From Escherichia phage MN04: DNA of 64,000 bases. Under the pieces are notes generated by a model, which did not search any database, was not told where the DNA came from, and saw only the letters and a list, made by a program, of their open reading frames with translations. Below, one piece after another: positions 47,700 through 56,005 of the stretch. The DNA is taken from sequence record MT129654.1, one strand, 5' to 3'. How positions within the stretch are numbered: the first letter of the stretch is position 1; every line of letters starts with the position of its first letter. The position numbers were made by a program, and so were the translations under genes.

Positions 47700-47730
47700 C
47701 TTCCTATCAACTACATGAGAGGAAAACAAA

Positions 47731-47991
47731 ATGGATATCAAATTATATTACGCTAAACACAAAGTTACGGGTAAAGTTGTTGCCGCAATGTACGATGCAT
47801 CAGGTGAAGATGTTATTACGGAATTATCCCTTTCTAATTGTAGATTTCTTCGTCCTTTGATAGCGTCAAAAAAAGATTTACAAAAACTTATCGACGGTAA
47901 ATTAGATAATGTCGATGATATAGATATCCATTATGAACTCCGCCATGCACTGAATGATGGGTTTATGGAAATAAAAGAGCTAGTATTATGA
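47731..47991 (+). CDS. hypothetical protein (86 aa)
   Basis: GAGAGGAAAA SD behind a PeSL-like promoter. Confidence 0.45.
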   Translation: MDIKLYYAKHKVTGKVVAAMYDASGEDVITELSLSNCRFLRPLIASKKDLQKLIDGKLDNVDDIDIHYELRHALNDGFMEIKELVL

Positions 47992-48081
47992 GTAGCAAAA
48001 TGTGGTGCCTTATTTGGATAGCCTGTATCCCAGTGATTTGCGTATGTTTTAGTTTATTGTTGTGGAAATTGGCATAAATCA

Positions 48082-48110
48082 GTATACATCTCCATTAGAC
48101 ATGATATTAT
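48082..48110 (+). promoter_or_regulatory. early promoter, PeSL-like (variant -35 GTATAC)
   Basis: GTATAC, 17 nt, TATTAT, then AGACCTATCAACT. Confidence 0.45.
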
Positions 48111-48420
48111 AGACCTATCAACTAATGGAGATGATTATGAAAAACTTACTTAAAGCAATTTGGAACATGTTTGTGTTATTGGTTGTATTGAGCATTTTCC
48201 CAATAGTTTTTATGATTGACCATGTACGTGTATTCTTTAACTTCTGAGGAAAATATTATGGGTAATCGAATTTATAAAGTAAAGTTGCATGGTAAAGTGA
48301 TTACTACCGTTAGTTTTAATTTTTATATCAGCGCTGACTGCGCCCGCGATATCCTCATCGAGGAAGGATATAGCGAATACATCCAAATTGAAGAAGTTCT
48401 TTAATTCTGAGGAAAATATT

Positions 48421-48645
48421 ATGAAACTTTTTAAAGATATCGCAGTTGGTGAAAAATTTGTCTTAGGTAATGGTCAACAATTGATTCGCATTTCTCCTTT
48501 AATGGATAATAGTGAGCGGCCCATTCGTACTGAAAACTGTTTGGATTATCCTTTTTATCAAAAGCGTTTTGCTATTGAAAATAATACCGAGTGTTTCACG
48601 GTTGATGAACTGATGGAATTATCAGAAGAAGTCGACTCTGAATAA
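48421..48645 (+). CDS. hypothetical protein (74 aa)
   Basis: CTGAGGAAAATATT-ATG TIR. Confidence 0.4.
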   Translation: MKLFKDIAVGEKFVLGNGQQLIRISPLMDNSERPIRTENCLDYPFYQKRFAIENNTECFTVDELMELSEEVDSE

Positions 48646-48659
48646 TTGAGGAAAATATT

Positions 48660-49004
48660 ATGTCTAAAGTATTTTTTGGTAATTCTAAAGTTATGTTCTT
48701 TGAGCAACTCAGTCTTAAAGAGGCATTGGCAGCCTTCAATCAAGAACTGGTTACTGGGTTAGATTCAAAAACTATGGCAAGTGCGGATTTCGTTTTCGTT
48801 CAAGACCCGGATACAGGGTTTTATCGATTCATCAAATTCCGTATGAGCATGGACCCTGACTATCGTAGTGCTTACTATGTGAGTTACGAAAATGTTATCG
48901 AAGAATTACGTGATACCTATGGACGTGCTTTGAACCCACTGAATAAGGTTTATAATGCGTCCTTTTATACGAGCGGATTTATTTTAGAACAGCTACAAAA
49001 ATAG
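48660..49004 (+). CDS. hypothetical protein (114 aa)
   Basis: TTGAGGAAAATATT-ATG TIR. Confidence 0.45.
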   Translation: MSKVFFGNSKVMFFEQLSLKEALAAFNQELVTGLDSKTMASADFVFVQDPDTGFYRFIKFRMSMDPDYRSAYYVSYENVIEELRDTYGRALNPLNKVYNASFYTSGFILEQLQK

Positions 49005-49032
49005 TTTACAACCTCGAGAATCATGTTATAAT
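49004..49032 (+). promoter_or_regulatory. early promoter, PeSL-like
   Basis: GTTTAC, 17 nt, TATAAT; flanking near-palindrome GAGAATCAT/ATGGTTCTC. Confidence 0.55.
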
Positions 49033-49081
49033 GGTTCTCGTTGACTGGATAACAAAACATTAATCTACTGAGGAAATTGAT

Positions 49082-49531
49082 ATGAATACTTATATGACTC
49101 GCGGTAACGTTCTGTCTGCTGGTGCTACTACTGTTGCTTATGTTAAGAATGGCGAATACCAAAATGGTAAGCCTTCTAAAGAAATCTCAGCCCAGCCAGG
49201 CTTCTACTTCTTTGTTAAAGGTGAAGCAGATTCTCGTGTCGTAGCCGCTCGCTTTTATGTCGGCAACCAACGTTCAGCTCAAGGTCTTGATGGTATTGTG
49301 GCTAACATTCGTAAGAAACGTTCGCAATCAGCTCGTACTATGGCTGTGAATGGTGTAGTGTATGAAGTTCTTTATGTACCTGCTTCTAAAATGAAACCAC
49401 TGACTACAGGTTTTGGTAAGGGTCAAATTGCAATGGCTTTCACTCGCAACCATAGTTCCGACCTTCAGACCCTGGAAGAAATGAACCGCATGTTGGCTGA
49501 TAACTTTAAATTCGTTCTGCAGGCTTACTAA
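49082..49531 (+). CDS. ndd: nucleoid disruption protein Ndd
   Basis: 149 aa; RFYVGNQRS...[17 protein letters not shown]...TRNH...[19 protein letters not shown] matches recalled T4 Ndd. Confidence 0.85.
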
Positions 49532-49608
49532 TGAGCAATTTCCATAACGAACATGTGATGCAGTTCTATCGTAACAATCTTAAAACTAAAGGCGTCTTCG
49601 GACGCTAA
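49531..49608 (+). CDS. stp: Stp peptide (anticodon-nuclease activator / restriction inhibitor)
   Basis: 25 codons, [25 protein letters not shown], essentially identical to the recalled 26-residue T4 Stp; start overlaps the ndd stop. Confidence 0.8.
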
Positions 49609-49618
49609 TGAGGAAAAT

Positions 49619-49780
49619 ATGATTATCCTAGTTTTTATTGAACTTATTATGGCTATGGTTTGTTCAGTTTGCTTCTTTTTAGGTGTATGGACCCCTGGTC
49701 CGGTATTCTTAAGTTTTCTGTTTATTGGCTGGGTTCTTTCTACTTTTGTCGGTTTACTTAAGACGATTAAAAATGATTAA
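49619..49780 (+). CDS. small membrane peptide (53 aa); Ac-like by size and position
   Basis: AGGAAAAT-ATG; hydrophobic core; sits between stp and 52 where T4 has ac. Confidence 0.35.
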   Translation: MIILVFIELIMAMVCSVCFFLGVWTPGPVFLSFLFIGWVLSTFVGLLKTIKND

Positions 49781-49917
49781 GAAAATCTTGGGCTACTCGG
49801 TAGCCCTTGCTGCTTTATTGGTAGCACTGTATTATGGAGTAATATTCGGTCTTATCCAAGTTGTGCTTTTTATTTCCGATGTTATTATGGTTATTCATTC
49901 ACTAGTATGGTAAAATT

Positions 49918-51297
49918 ATGGCTGATGTAATTGATACCCTTTTTAAACAATCCTTAGATGTTTACGATGATGCTTTTACTCGTCGTGACTTAAAAAGCAT
50001 TATCGACAATGAAGCGCTGGCTTATGCAATGTATACTGTCGAAAACCGCGCCATTCCAAATATGATTGATGGCTTTAAACCTGTACAACGTTTTGTAGTT
50101 GCTCGTTGTCTTGATATGGCTCGTGGTAATAAAGAAAAATTCCACAAACTAGCTTCTATTGCAGGTGGTGTAGCCGACCTTGGATATCACCACGGTGAAG
50201 GTTCTGCTCAAGAAGCAGGTGCTCTGATGGCTAACACATGGAACAACAACTTCCCACTGTTGGATGGCCAAGGCAACTTTGGTTCTCGATTAGTTCAAAA
50301 GGCTGCAGCCTCTCGTTATATTTTTGCACGAATTGGAACTAATTTCGCAAAGGTTTATAAGGATACAGAATATGCTCCGGTTCATGCGGATGTCGAACAT
50401 AAGCCACCAGCTTTTTATCTGCCTATTATTCCTACTGTTCTTCTTAATGGTATTTCCGGTATTGCGACTGGTTATGCAACTAATATTCTTCCTCATAGTT
50501 TTGATTCTGTTAAGAAAGCTGTATTGCAGGTTCTTCAAGAAAAACGCGTAACCAAGCCTAAGGTGGCTTATCCGGAATTCCGTGGCGATGTGGTTGAGAT
50601 TGAACCAGGTAGTTATGAACTACGAGGCACGTATAAGTTCACATCTCGAACCCAAATGCATATCACAGAAATCCCGTACAAATACGACCGTGAAACGTAC
50701 GTGGCCAAGGTACTGGACCCTTTAGAAGACAAAGGGTATATCACGTATGATGACGACTGTGACGAGAATGGTTTCGGCTTCAAGGTTAAGATTCGTAAAG
50801 AATATGAATTGCCTACTGAAGAAAATAAGAAGCATGAAAAAATCATGAAGGACTTCGGGTTAATCGAACGTCGTTCGCAAAACCTGACCGTCATTAATGA
50901 GAAAGGTAAACTTAAGGTTTACGAAGATGTAGTTGAACTGATTCGTGATTTCGTTGAGGTCCGTAAGACCTTTGTACAAAAACGTATTGATGGTAAAATC
51001 ATCGAAACCGAAGAAGCTTTCAAACTGGCATTGGCTAAAGCTACATTCATTAAAGATGTTATTGATGGTGTGGTGGTTATCCAAGGTAAGACCCGTAAAG
51101 TTTTAACCGAAGAATTGGCCAGCAATAAAGTCTACGGTGAATACGCTGATAAACTCGTAGCAATGAATATTTTCCATATCACGTCCGATGAAGCTAAGAA
51201 ACTGGCTTTGGAAGCCAAGGCTAAGAAAGAAGAGCACCAATACTGGAAAACCACTGATGTTGTAACTGAGTATGTTAAAGATTTGGAGGCTCTATGA
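49918..51297 (+). CDS. 52: DNA topoisomerase II medium subunit gp52 (GyrA-like)
   Basis: 459 aa; ENRAIPNMIDGFKPVQRF (GyrA-type segment). Confidence 0.9.
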   Translation: MADVIDTLFKQSLDVYDDAFTRRDLKSIIDNEALAYAMYTVENRAIPNMIDGFKPVQRFVVARCLDMARGNKEKFHKLASIAGGVADLGYHHGEGSAQEAGALMANTWNNNFPLLDGQGNFGSRLVQKAAASRYIFARIGTNFAKVYKDTEYAPVHADVEHKPPAFYLPIIPTVLLNGISGIATGYATNILPHSFDSVKKAVLQVLQEKRVTKPKVAYPEFRGDVVEIEPGSYELRGTYKFTSRTQMHITEIPYKYDRETYVAKVLDPLEDKGYITYDDDCDENGFGFKVKIRKEYELPTEENKKHEKIMKDFGLIERRSQNLTVINEKGKLKVYEDVVELIRDFVEVRKTFVQKRIDGKIIETEEAFKLALAKATFIKDVIDGVVVIQGKTRKVLTEELASNKVYGEYADKLVAMNIFHITSDEAKKLALEAKAKKEEHQYWKTTDVVTEYVKDLEAL

Positions 51298-51398
51298 GCC
51301 TTGGAGTCGAGTTCTTGTTACTCTGTATCTTTGCTGTTATCCTAGGCCTGGCGACAGGCTTAGCTATAGGTTTAATAGCAGCCCACTTTAAAAAGTAA
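51294..51398 (+). CDS. small hydrophobic peptide (34 aa)
   Basis: ATG overlapping the gene 52 stop; single predicted TM helix; followed by a terminator. Confidence 0.3.
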   Translation: MSLGVEFLLLCIFAVILGLATGLAIGLIAAHFKK

Positions 51399-51420
51399 GG
51401 AACCTTCGGGTTCCTTTTTG
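51398..51420 (+). terminator. intrinsic terminator after gene 52
   Basis: AGGAACCTTCGGGTTCCT hairpin plus T5 (same sequence as at 31065). Confidence 0.65.
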
Positions 51421-51438
51421 GGTTTAGTGCAAAAAAGT

Positions 51439-51467
51439 GTTTACATCTGCTTTAAACATGATACTAT
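51439..51467 (+). promoter_or_regulatory. early promoter, PeSL-like (duplicate copy 1)
   Basis: GTTTAC, 17 nt, TACTAT, then AGACCTATCAAATAAATGAACTGAAAC. Confidence 0.55.
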
Positions 51468-51515
51468 AGACCTATCAAATAAATGAACTGAAACAAACAA
51501 CCCGGAGATACAAAA

Positions 51516-51743
51516 ATGAAATTTAAAATCGAAAACGAAATCGTTAAAGCTAAAAATGCTCTGACTGCTAACAAACTGGTTGTAGATGGTATTGAATATG
51601 ATATCTGTGGAGTTCGTGAAGAAAAACCCGGTGTTCTGACTTTCTTCACAATGATTTTTAAATTTAAAGGTGACACAGAATTCAAACAGTTTGATTTTGC
51701 CCCTGAAGACGAAATCGAAGTTCGTAATCTGAACATTAAGTAA
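51516..51743 (+). CDS. hypothetical protein (75 aa), flanked by duplicated PeSL-like elements
   Basis: ORF with GGAG SD between two near-identical ~60-bp cassettes. Confidence 0.45.
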   Translation: MKFKIENEIVKAKNALTANKLVVDGIEYDICGVREEKPGVLTFFTMIFKFKGDTEFKQFDFAPEDEIEVRNLNIK

Positions 51744-51782
51744 GTACTTTATTAGAGCTCTTGAAAAAGAGCTCAAAATAAA

Positions 51783-51811
51783 GTTTACTTCTGCTTTAAA
51801 CATGATACTAT
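51783..51811 (+). promoter_or_regulatory. early promoter, PeSL-like (duplicate copy 2)
   Basis: Near-identical to the 51439 copy over about 60 bp. Confidence 0.55.
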
Positions 51812-51848
51812 AGACCTATCAAATAAATGAACTGAAACGGAGATTAAA

Positions 51849-52484
51849 ATGTCTAAAATTACTTATATCATCAAAGCTTCTGAAGACGCCCTGAATGAAA
51901 AAACCGCTTCAATCTTAGTACATATCATCAAGCATAACTTCATCACTTCAGGCGAAGTCCGTGAAGCCCTGAGTGAACAATTTAGTGCAGCGGTAGTTAA
52001 CTCTAACATTGGTGTATTGATTAAGAAAGGATTCATCGAAAAATCTGGTGATGGACTGGTGGCTACGGGTGAAGCAATGGACCTAGTTCAAAAAGCTGCT
52101 GACCTGTTCGCTTCTGAAAATGCTCCAGAGATGTTGGAAAAACGTAAAACTCGCAGTTCACGTGGTGTTACTCCTGAAATGGTAGTATTGGCTGGTGAAG
52201 TTAAATCTTTGTTAGAAGACCGAATCGAGATTCGTGAAATCGCTGAAAACCGTAGCAATCTTGAAGTTCGATTCGCTAAACGTACCAACGGTATTCGTCA
52301 AATCGAAGTCCGTCGTGACGGAATGATGCGTATCTTCGGTTATAATATGACCGATAAAGAAAAACAAGTGTTTACTTCCTTGAATCTTGATGTTAAGATT
52401 AAGACTGGTGGTAAGAATACTTATATCGACTTCCAAAACGTATCATCTGAAGTTATCAAAACCGTAACCAACGCAATTATCTGA
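51849..52484 (+). CDS. motA: middle-transcription activator MotA
   Basis: 211 aa; MSKITYIIKAS...NSNIGVLIKKGFIEKSGDGL matches recalled T4 MotA (also 211 aa). Confidence 0.85.
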   Translation: MSKITYIIKASEDALNEKTASILVHIIKHNFITSGEVREALSEQFSAAVVNSNIGVLIKKGFIEKSGDGLVATGEAMDLVQKAADLFASENAPEMLEKRKTRSSRGVTPEMVVLAGEVKSLLEDRIEIREIAENRSNLEVRFAKRTNGIRQIEVRRDGMMRIFGYNMTDKEKQVFTSLNLDVKIKTGGKNTYIDFQNVSSEVIKTVTNAII

Positions 52485-52498
52485 CTGAGGAAATTATT

Positions 52499-52828
52499 AT
52501 GAACAAGCTGAATATTGTTAATGAACTTCGTCGTTGTGCAGAACCTACTCAAGAAGGTTGGGATATTTGGTACCATGGCGCTTATCTCGGCACTATTGTT
52601 AAGATTAAAGCAGGTAAATACTTAATCATCCGTGGTGGTTCTGAAGCTTCTATGGGAATTCGTAAGAACTTTATGGCAGCCATCAGCACCTTTGTTCCAG
52701 CTGCTTATGAAGTCTATAAAGCCGACTACAAAGAATACCAGGAATCACAACCGGTTATTCGTTCAATTGGTGTTAATAAAGCTCAACAGAAAACTTTATG
52801 GCAACGTGTTAAAGGATGGTTCAAATGA
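52499..52828 (+). CDS. hypothetical protein (109 aa)
   Basis: CTGAGGAAATTATT-ATG TIR. Confidence 0.45.
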   Translation: MNKLNIVNELRRCAEPTQEGWDIWYHGAYLGTIVKIKAGKYLIIRGGSEASMGIRKNFMAAISTFVPAAYEVYKADYKEYQESQPVIRSIGVNKAQQKTLWQRVKGWFK

Positions 52829-53163
52829 TTCCGATGGAACTTAACTGGGACGGCGAAGGTCATTCCCTTAAATTGATTGAAGAACAGCGTAATGATTGGG
52901 ACGAGCGTGTAGCTTTAGTAAACGGTATTAAGAAAATTTACCAACTCAACCTTCATATTGACAATGTTCATCTTGAATTTGGTATGCAGTTATTGCGGTT
53001 TCTTGAGATTATTTTTATAGAAAAGGTAAACATAACTTCGCATGGTGCTGGCCAATCGGTTGTTATTAAATTATCATCCTATTATAAAGGTGATTTAATT
53101 GAAACAGCCACCAAAATTCAAGAATTTGCTAAAGATAACGGCCATAAGGTGATTTTCAAATGA
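52816..53163 (+). CDS. hypothetical protein (115 aa)
   Basis: ORF, overlapping start. Confidence 0.45.
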   Translation: MVQMIPMELNWDGEGHSLKLIEEQRNDWDERVALVNGIKKIYQLNLHIDNVHLEFGMQLLRFLEIIFIEKVNITSHGAGQSVVIKLSSYYKGDLIETATKIQEFAKDNGHKVIFK

Positions 53164-53648
53164 ATCCATTAAAAGGTAAAGAATTATCCTTTAAAGACCG
53201 TATGGCTTTATTAGATAAAGCTCTTTCTCGTGAAACACCTGAAAGCTTAGCAGCTAAATTACGAGCCTATGGTGATTACACTGAATATTCGGAAGAGGAT
53301 GTTTTGGAAGAGGTTCCTGAAATCTGTTGGCAGATTGCTCATTGGAACAACAATGAAAAATATCAGCGACGAATTGTGTGTGCAGCCAATCGCTTTAAGT
53401 TAAAAGACGGCGGGACTTTGGTTATTCCTGGCGCGCGTCATTATTCAAAAGATATGGCGGAAGTGCTTGACCAAGTAAGTGATAAACTTGTGTCAGAGCA
53501 TGTTTGCGGTGATGACCAAGGATTTATCGACCAATACTCAAATTATTGGACTCGCGAAGAAGCAATGATTATTGCAACATATGCTAATCAAGTTCGTATT
53601 GAACGTGGTGGTAGTGAAAAAGAACTTTACTCTGAGGACCTTTACTAA
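53160..53648 (+). CDS. hypothetical protein (162 aa)
   Basis: ORF, overlapping start. Confidence 0.45.
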   Translation: MNPLKGKELSFKDRMALLDKALSRETPESLAAKLRAYGDYTEYSEEDVLEEVPEICWQIAHWNNNEKYQRRIVCAANRFKLKDGGTLVIPGARHYSKDMAEVLDQVSDKLVSEHVCGDDQGFIDQYSNYWTREEAMIIATYANQVRIERGGSEKELYSEDLY

Positions 53649-53929
53649 TGAATCTTAAACAACTCCAGATTGATGCAATCGAAGCCCATATCAACCATAT
53701 TAAACGTCTGAATGTTATGGTGGAAGATAATTGGGGAACTTATGTCAACCAACCGGCTTGGGATGCATTAGATCATGAATATATAAAGAATATTAGTTCT
53801 AAGACAATTCATGGGAATATGGAAGGGTTGAAGCCGTTCCTACGTGATATGTATATTGCAACTAATAAAGAAATTATCAGTTCTCTTGAATATCAATTAA
53901 GGAAATTACGTGAACAATCTTGTAGCTAA
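53648..53929 (+). CDS. hypothetical protein (93 aa); Arn-like by size and position only
   Basis: ORF between motA and asiA where T4 has arn; no sequence confirmation. Confidence 0.3.
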   Translation: MNLKQLQIDAIEAHINHIKRLNVMVEDNWGTYVNQPAWDALDHEYIKNISSKTIHGNMEGLKPFLRDMYIATNKEIISSLEYQLRKLREQSCS

Positions 53930-54232
53930 GCACGATTTCAATAAGGCTTCGGTCCATAAGGACAAGAAGAAAAATTTTAAAGAGTCCAAGCGTAAGCAGA
54001 AACATAAGGGTAAAGGGTATGAGTCATAACTTAGAGAATACCGTAACAGGTATGCGTACGCGTGAGCAGGAGTGCTTTGAGGAATTCCTAGGAGCTGATT
54101 TTAAGTTCCAGGAACCTATTGAAGAAATGTATCAGGAATATGTTAAAAAGAACGAAGAACATGTTTACAATCCATAAGGATATGTTATTATAGCCTTATC
54201 AGATAATGTCGTACTGAATTGAAGAGAATATT

Positions 54233-54508
54233 ATGACTAAAATTGAAATCGTTTCCGAAATTGCTACTATTGTTTCCATTTTGATTAAAACGGATTGTGA
54301 AGACATCATGCAACGCCGTGATGAGTTTATTGCCTTTTTGAATGAGTTGGGTATTCGTAATGAACATGGAAAGGAACTTAACGGTCTATCTTTTAATAAA
54401 CTCTTTAAGTCTTTAACTGAAGATGAACGTGATACTCTTATTGAGCAATTTAATGAAGGGTATGAAGATATACACCGTTATCTAATGATGTATACCTCCA
54501 ATTTTTAA
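54233..54508 (+). CDS. asiA: anti-sigma70 factor AsiA
   Basis: 91 aa; IVSILIK...FIAFLNELGI...LIEQFNEGYEDIHRYLMMYT matches recalled T4 AsiA. Confidence 0.8.
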   Translation: MTKIEIVSEIATIVSILIKTDCEDIMQRRDEFIAFLNELGIRNEHGKELNGLSFNKLFKSLTEDERDTLIEQFNEGYEDIHRYLMMYTSNF

Positions 54509-55158
54509 CGAGTTCGACCTAATGTCCTCCCGGCCTGACCACACATAGACGAAAGTCTAGGAAATCCTAAATCCGGTTTGATGTCATACCAGTATAATGA
54601 TATCGAACCGGCATAGATGTTATCCAAATTAAAAAACGGACATGAAAACATATACGTGAAATGGGTTTTCTTCTTTGTAGGAAGGAACACAGTTTCTGTA
54701 CTTGATTCAAAATAATTCCCGTTAACTCCCGCCATATACTCCACTGACGTTTTGTCAATCGGAAATCCTCCCGTATTTTTTGCGTCTACCGTTTCCGGTA
54801 ATTTACCCTCATAAGCAACCATGTCCACAAAATAATTCATGTTGGTTGGTCTAAAAGAATATATTGCTGTGAAGTCTGCGCCTGAAGAAGAATGCACTAT
54901 TCGGAGCTGCTCGATAGCCGCAATTTTAAATCTATTGTCCTGGTCTTGTCTAATCATTTCAGTATAAGAGGCATAAGTTGTCTCTTTATAAAAGTTTAGA
55001 ATATATTCGCCTTTATACCAAACCAGTGCCATAAAGAACAATAATATTACGACTAGGACCCGGGAAAAAACTACTTTCCCGGAAGAAGTATCTTTAAAAA
55101 TTCTATCAAGAAGTCCAAAAAGTAGGTCTGATAATGAAAATCCTACTTTTGGTTCCAT
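54505..55158 (-). CDS. t: holin T
   Basis: 217 aa; DLLFGLLDRIFKD, single N-terminal TM, YSFRP...YFVD..AYEGKLP, CPFFNLDNIYAG match recalled T4 T; late promoter TATAAATA just upstream. Confidence 0.9.
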   Translation of the reverse strand: MEPKVGFSLSDLLFGLLDRIFKDTSSGKVVFSRVLVVILLFFMALVWYKGEYILNFYKETTYASYTEMIRQDQDNRFKIAAIEQLRIVHSSSGADFTAIYSFRPTNMNYFVDMVAYEGKLPETVDAKNTGGFPIDKTSVEYMAGVNGNYFESSTETVFLPTKKKTHFTYMFSCPFFNLDNIYAGSISLYWYDIKPDLGFPRLSSMCGQAGRTLGRTR

Positions 55159-55176
55159 ACTTTTCTCCTTTAAAGA

Positions 55177-55184
55177 TATTTATA
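55177..55184 (-). promoter_or_regulatory. late promoter (TATAAATA) for holin t
   Basis: Reverse complement of TATTTATA gives exact TATAAATA on the - strand, just upstream of the t SD. Confidence 0.6.
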
Positions 55185-55200
55185 ATTTAATACTTTCGTA

Positions 55201-55974
55201 TTATAACCAAGAGCCGTAGATAGTGCCTGTAGCGCCCCATGATGGGGCGGAACCGAATACTGCTCTACCAGGAGCACCACCACCCGACCTGGATAAGTTT
55301 TTACCCCATCCATCTCCGCCCCAACCTCCAGCATCACCGCCATTGCCTCCGCCGAATTGGGAAGTGTAACCGGCGCCACCTGGACCATCATAACTAGCAT
55401 TGCCACCTGGCCAATTAACACCACCGCCGCCGAGACCAAATGGTCTGCCGCCACCGCCACCTGCTGTAGAATTTGCAGGCCAACTATTCTGTAATGATAC
55501 GGCACCGCCGCCACCACCACCGGAGGCTATCACACCATAATTCCAAATGCGAAGTCGCCCACCAATATCATTTTGGATTACGTCACCACCATTAGTGCCT
55601 GGGCTTCCATTTACGCTACCATTACCACCTCGGCCCCACATATGAACACCACCATGAATATTCAAAGTAACATATTCGTTAGGGGTATCACCGTACATAA
55701 AGAACAACGGAACATCTTTAGTATATGATACTAAGTTGCCTGTGATATTAAACACTATAGGAGCACCGCCGGCTTCAAAACAACGGTCTCTAAACCATTG
55801 CCCGTTAAAGTTATGGTCGGCCCCAAGCGTGTGAATTACTTCAACAGATCGACCTATCATATTACTCATCCAAAAAGGAACACCCATTCTTAATCTTACG
55901 GCTGCTCCTGCCATCCAAGGGTCTCCAGTTTGTACCCTTGCAGACCATCCTACCCACGGTCCTTCAACTGCCAT
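55201..55974 (-). CDS. 38: long tail fibre adhesin gp38 (T2-type, glycine-rich)
   Basis: 257 aa from the ATG behind GGAGG (the track's TTG start rejected); poly-Gly motifs ([25 protein letters not shown]) between conserved N- and C-terminal parts. Confidence 0.8.
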   Translation of the reverse strand: MAVEGPWVGWSARVQTGDPWMAGAAVRLRMGVPFWMSNMIGRSVEVIHTLGADHNFNGQWFRDRCFEAGGAPIVFNITGNLVSYTKDVPLFFMYGDTPNEYVTLNIHGGVHMWGRGGNGSVNGSPGTNGGDVIQNDIGGRLRIWNYGVIASGGGGGGAVSLQNSWPANSTAGGGGGRPFGLGGGGVNWPGGNASYDGPGGAGYTSQFGGGNGGDAGGWGGDGWGKNLSRSGGGAPGRAVFGSAPSWGATGTIYGSWL

Positions 55975-56005
55975 ATAAACCTCCAAGGGGCCTAAGCCCC
56001 TCTTA

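Noticed and set aside
51447-51454. TGCTTTA inside the duplicated PeSL copies as a MotA box
   Set aside because: Spacing to the -10 is about 7-8 nt, too short for the 11-13 nt middle-promoter geometry; treated as part of the early-promoter spacer.
55201-55520. Gly-rich low-complexity repeats that could be mistaken for a simple-sequence or CRISPR-like array
   Set aside because: They are in frame within gp38 and encode poly-Gly motifs; there are no regular repeat-spacer units. I saw no CRISPR array anywhere in the window.
55975-55986. TTG-initiated longer gp38 ORF (261 aa)
   Set aside because: An ATG with a perfect GGAGG at proper spacing lies 12 nt inside; the TTG start has no SD.
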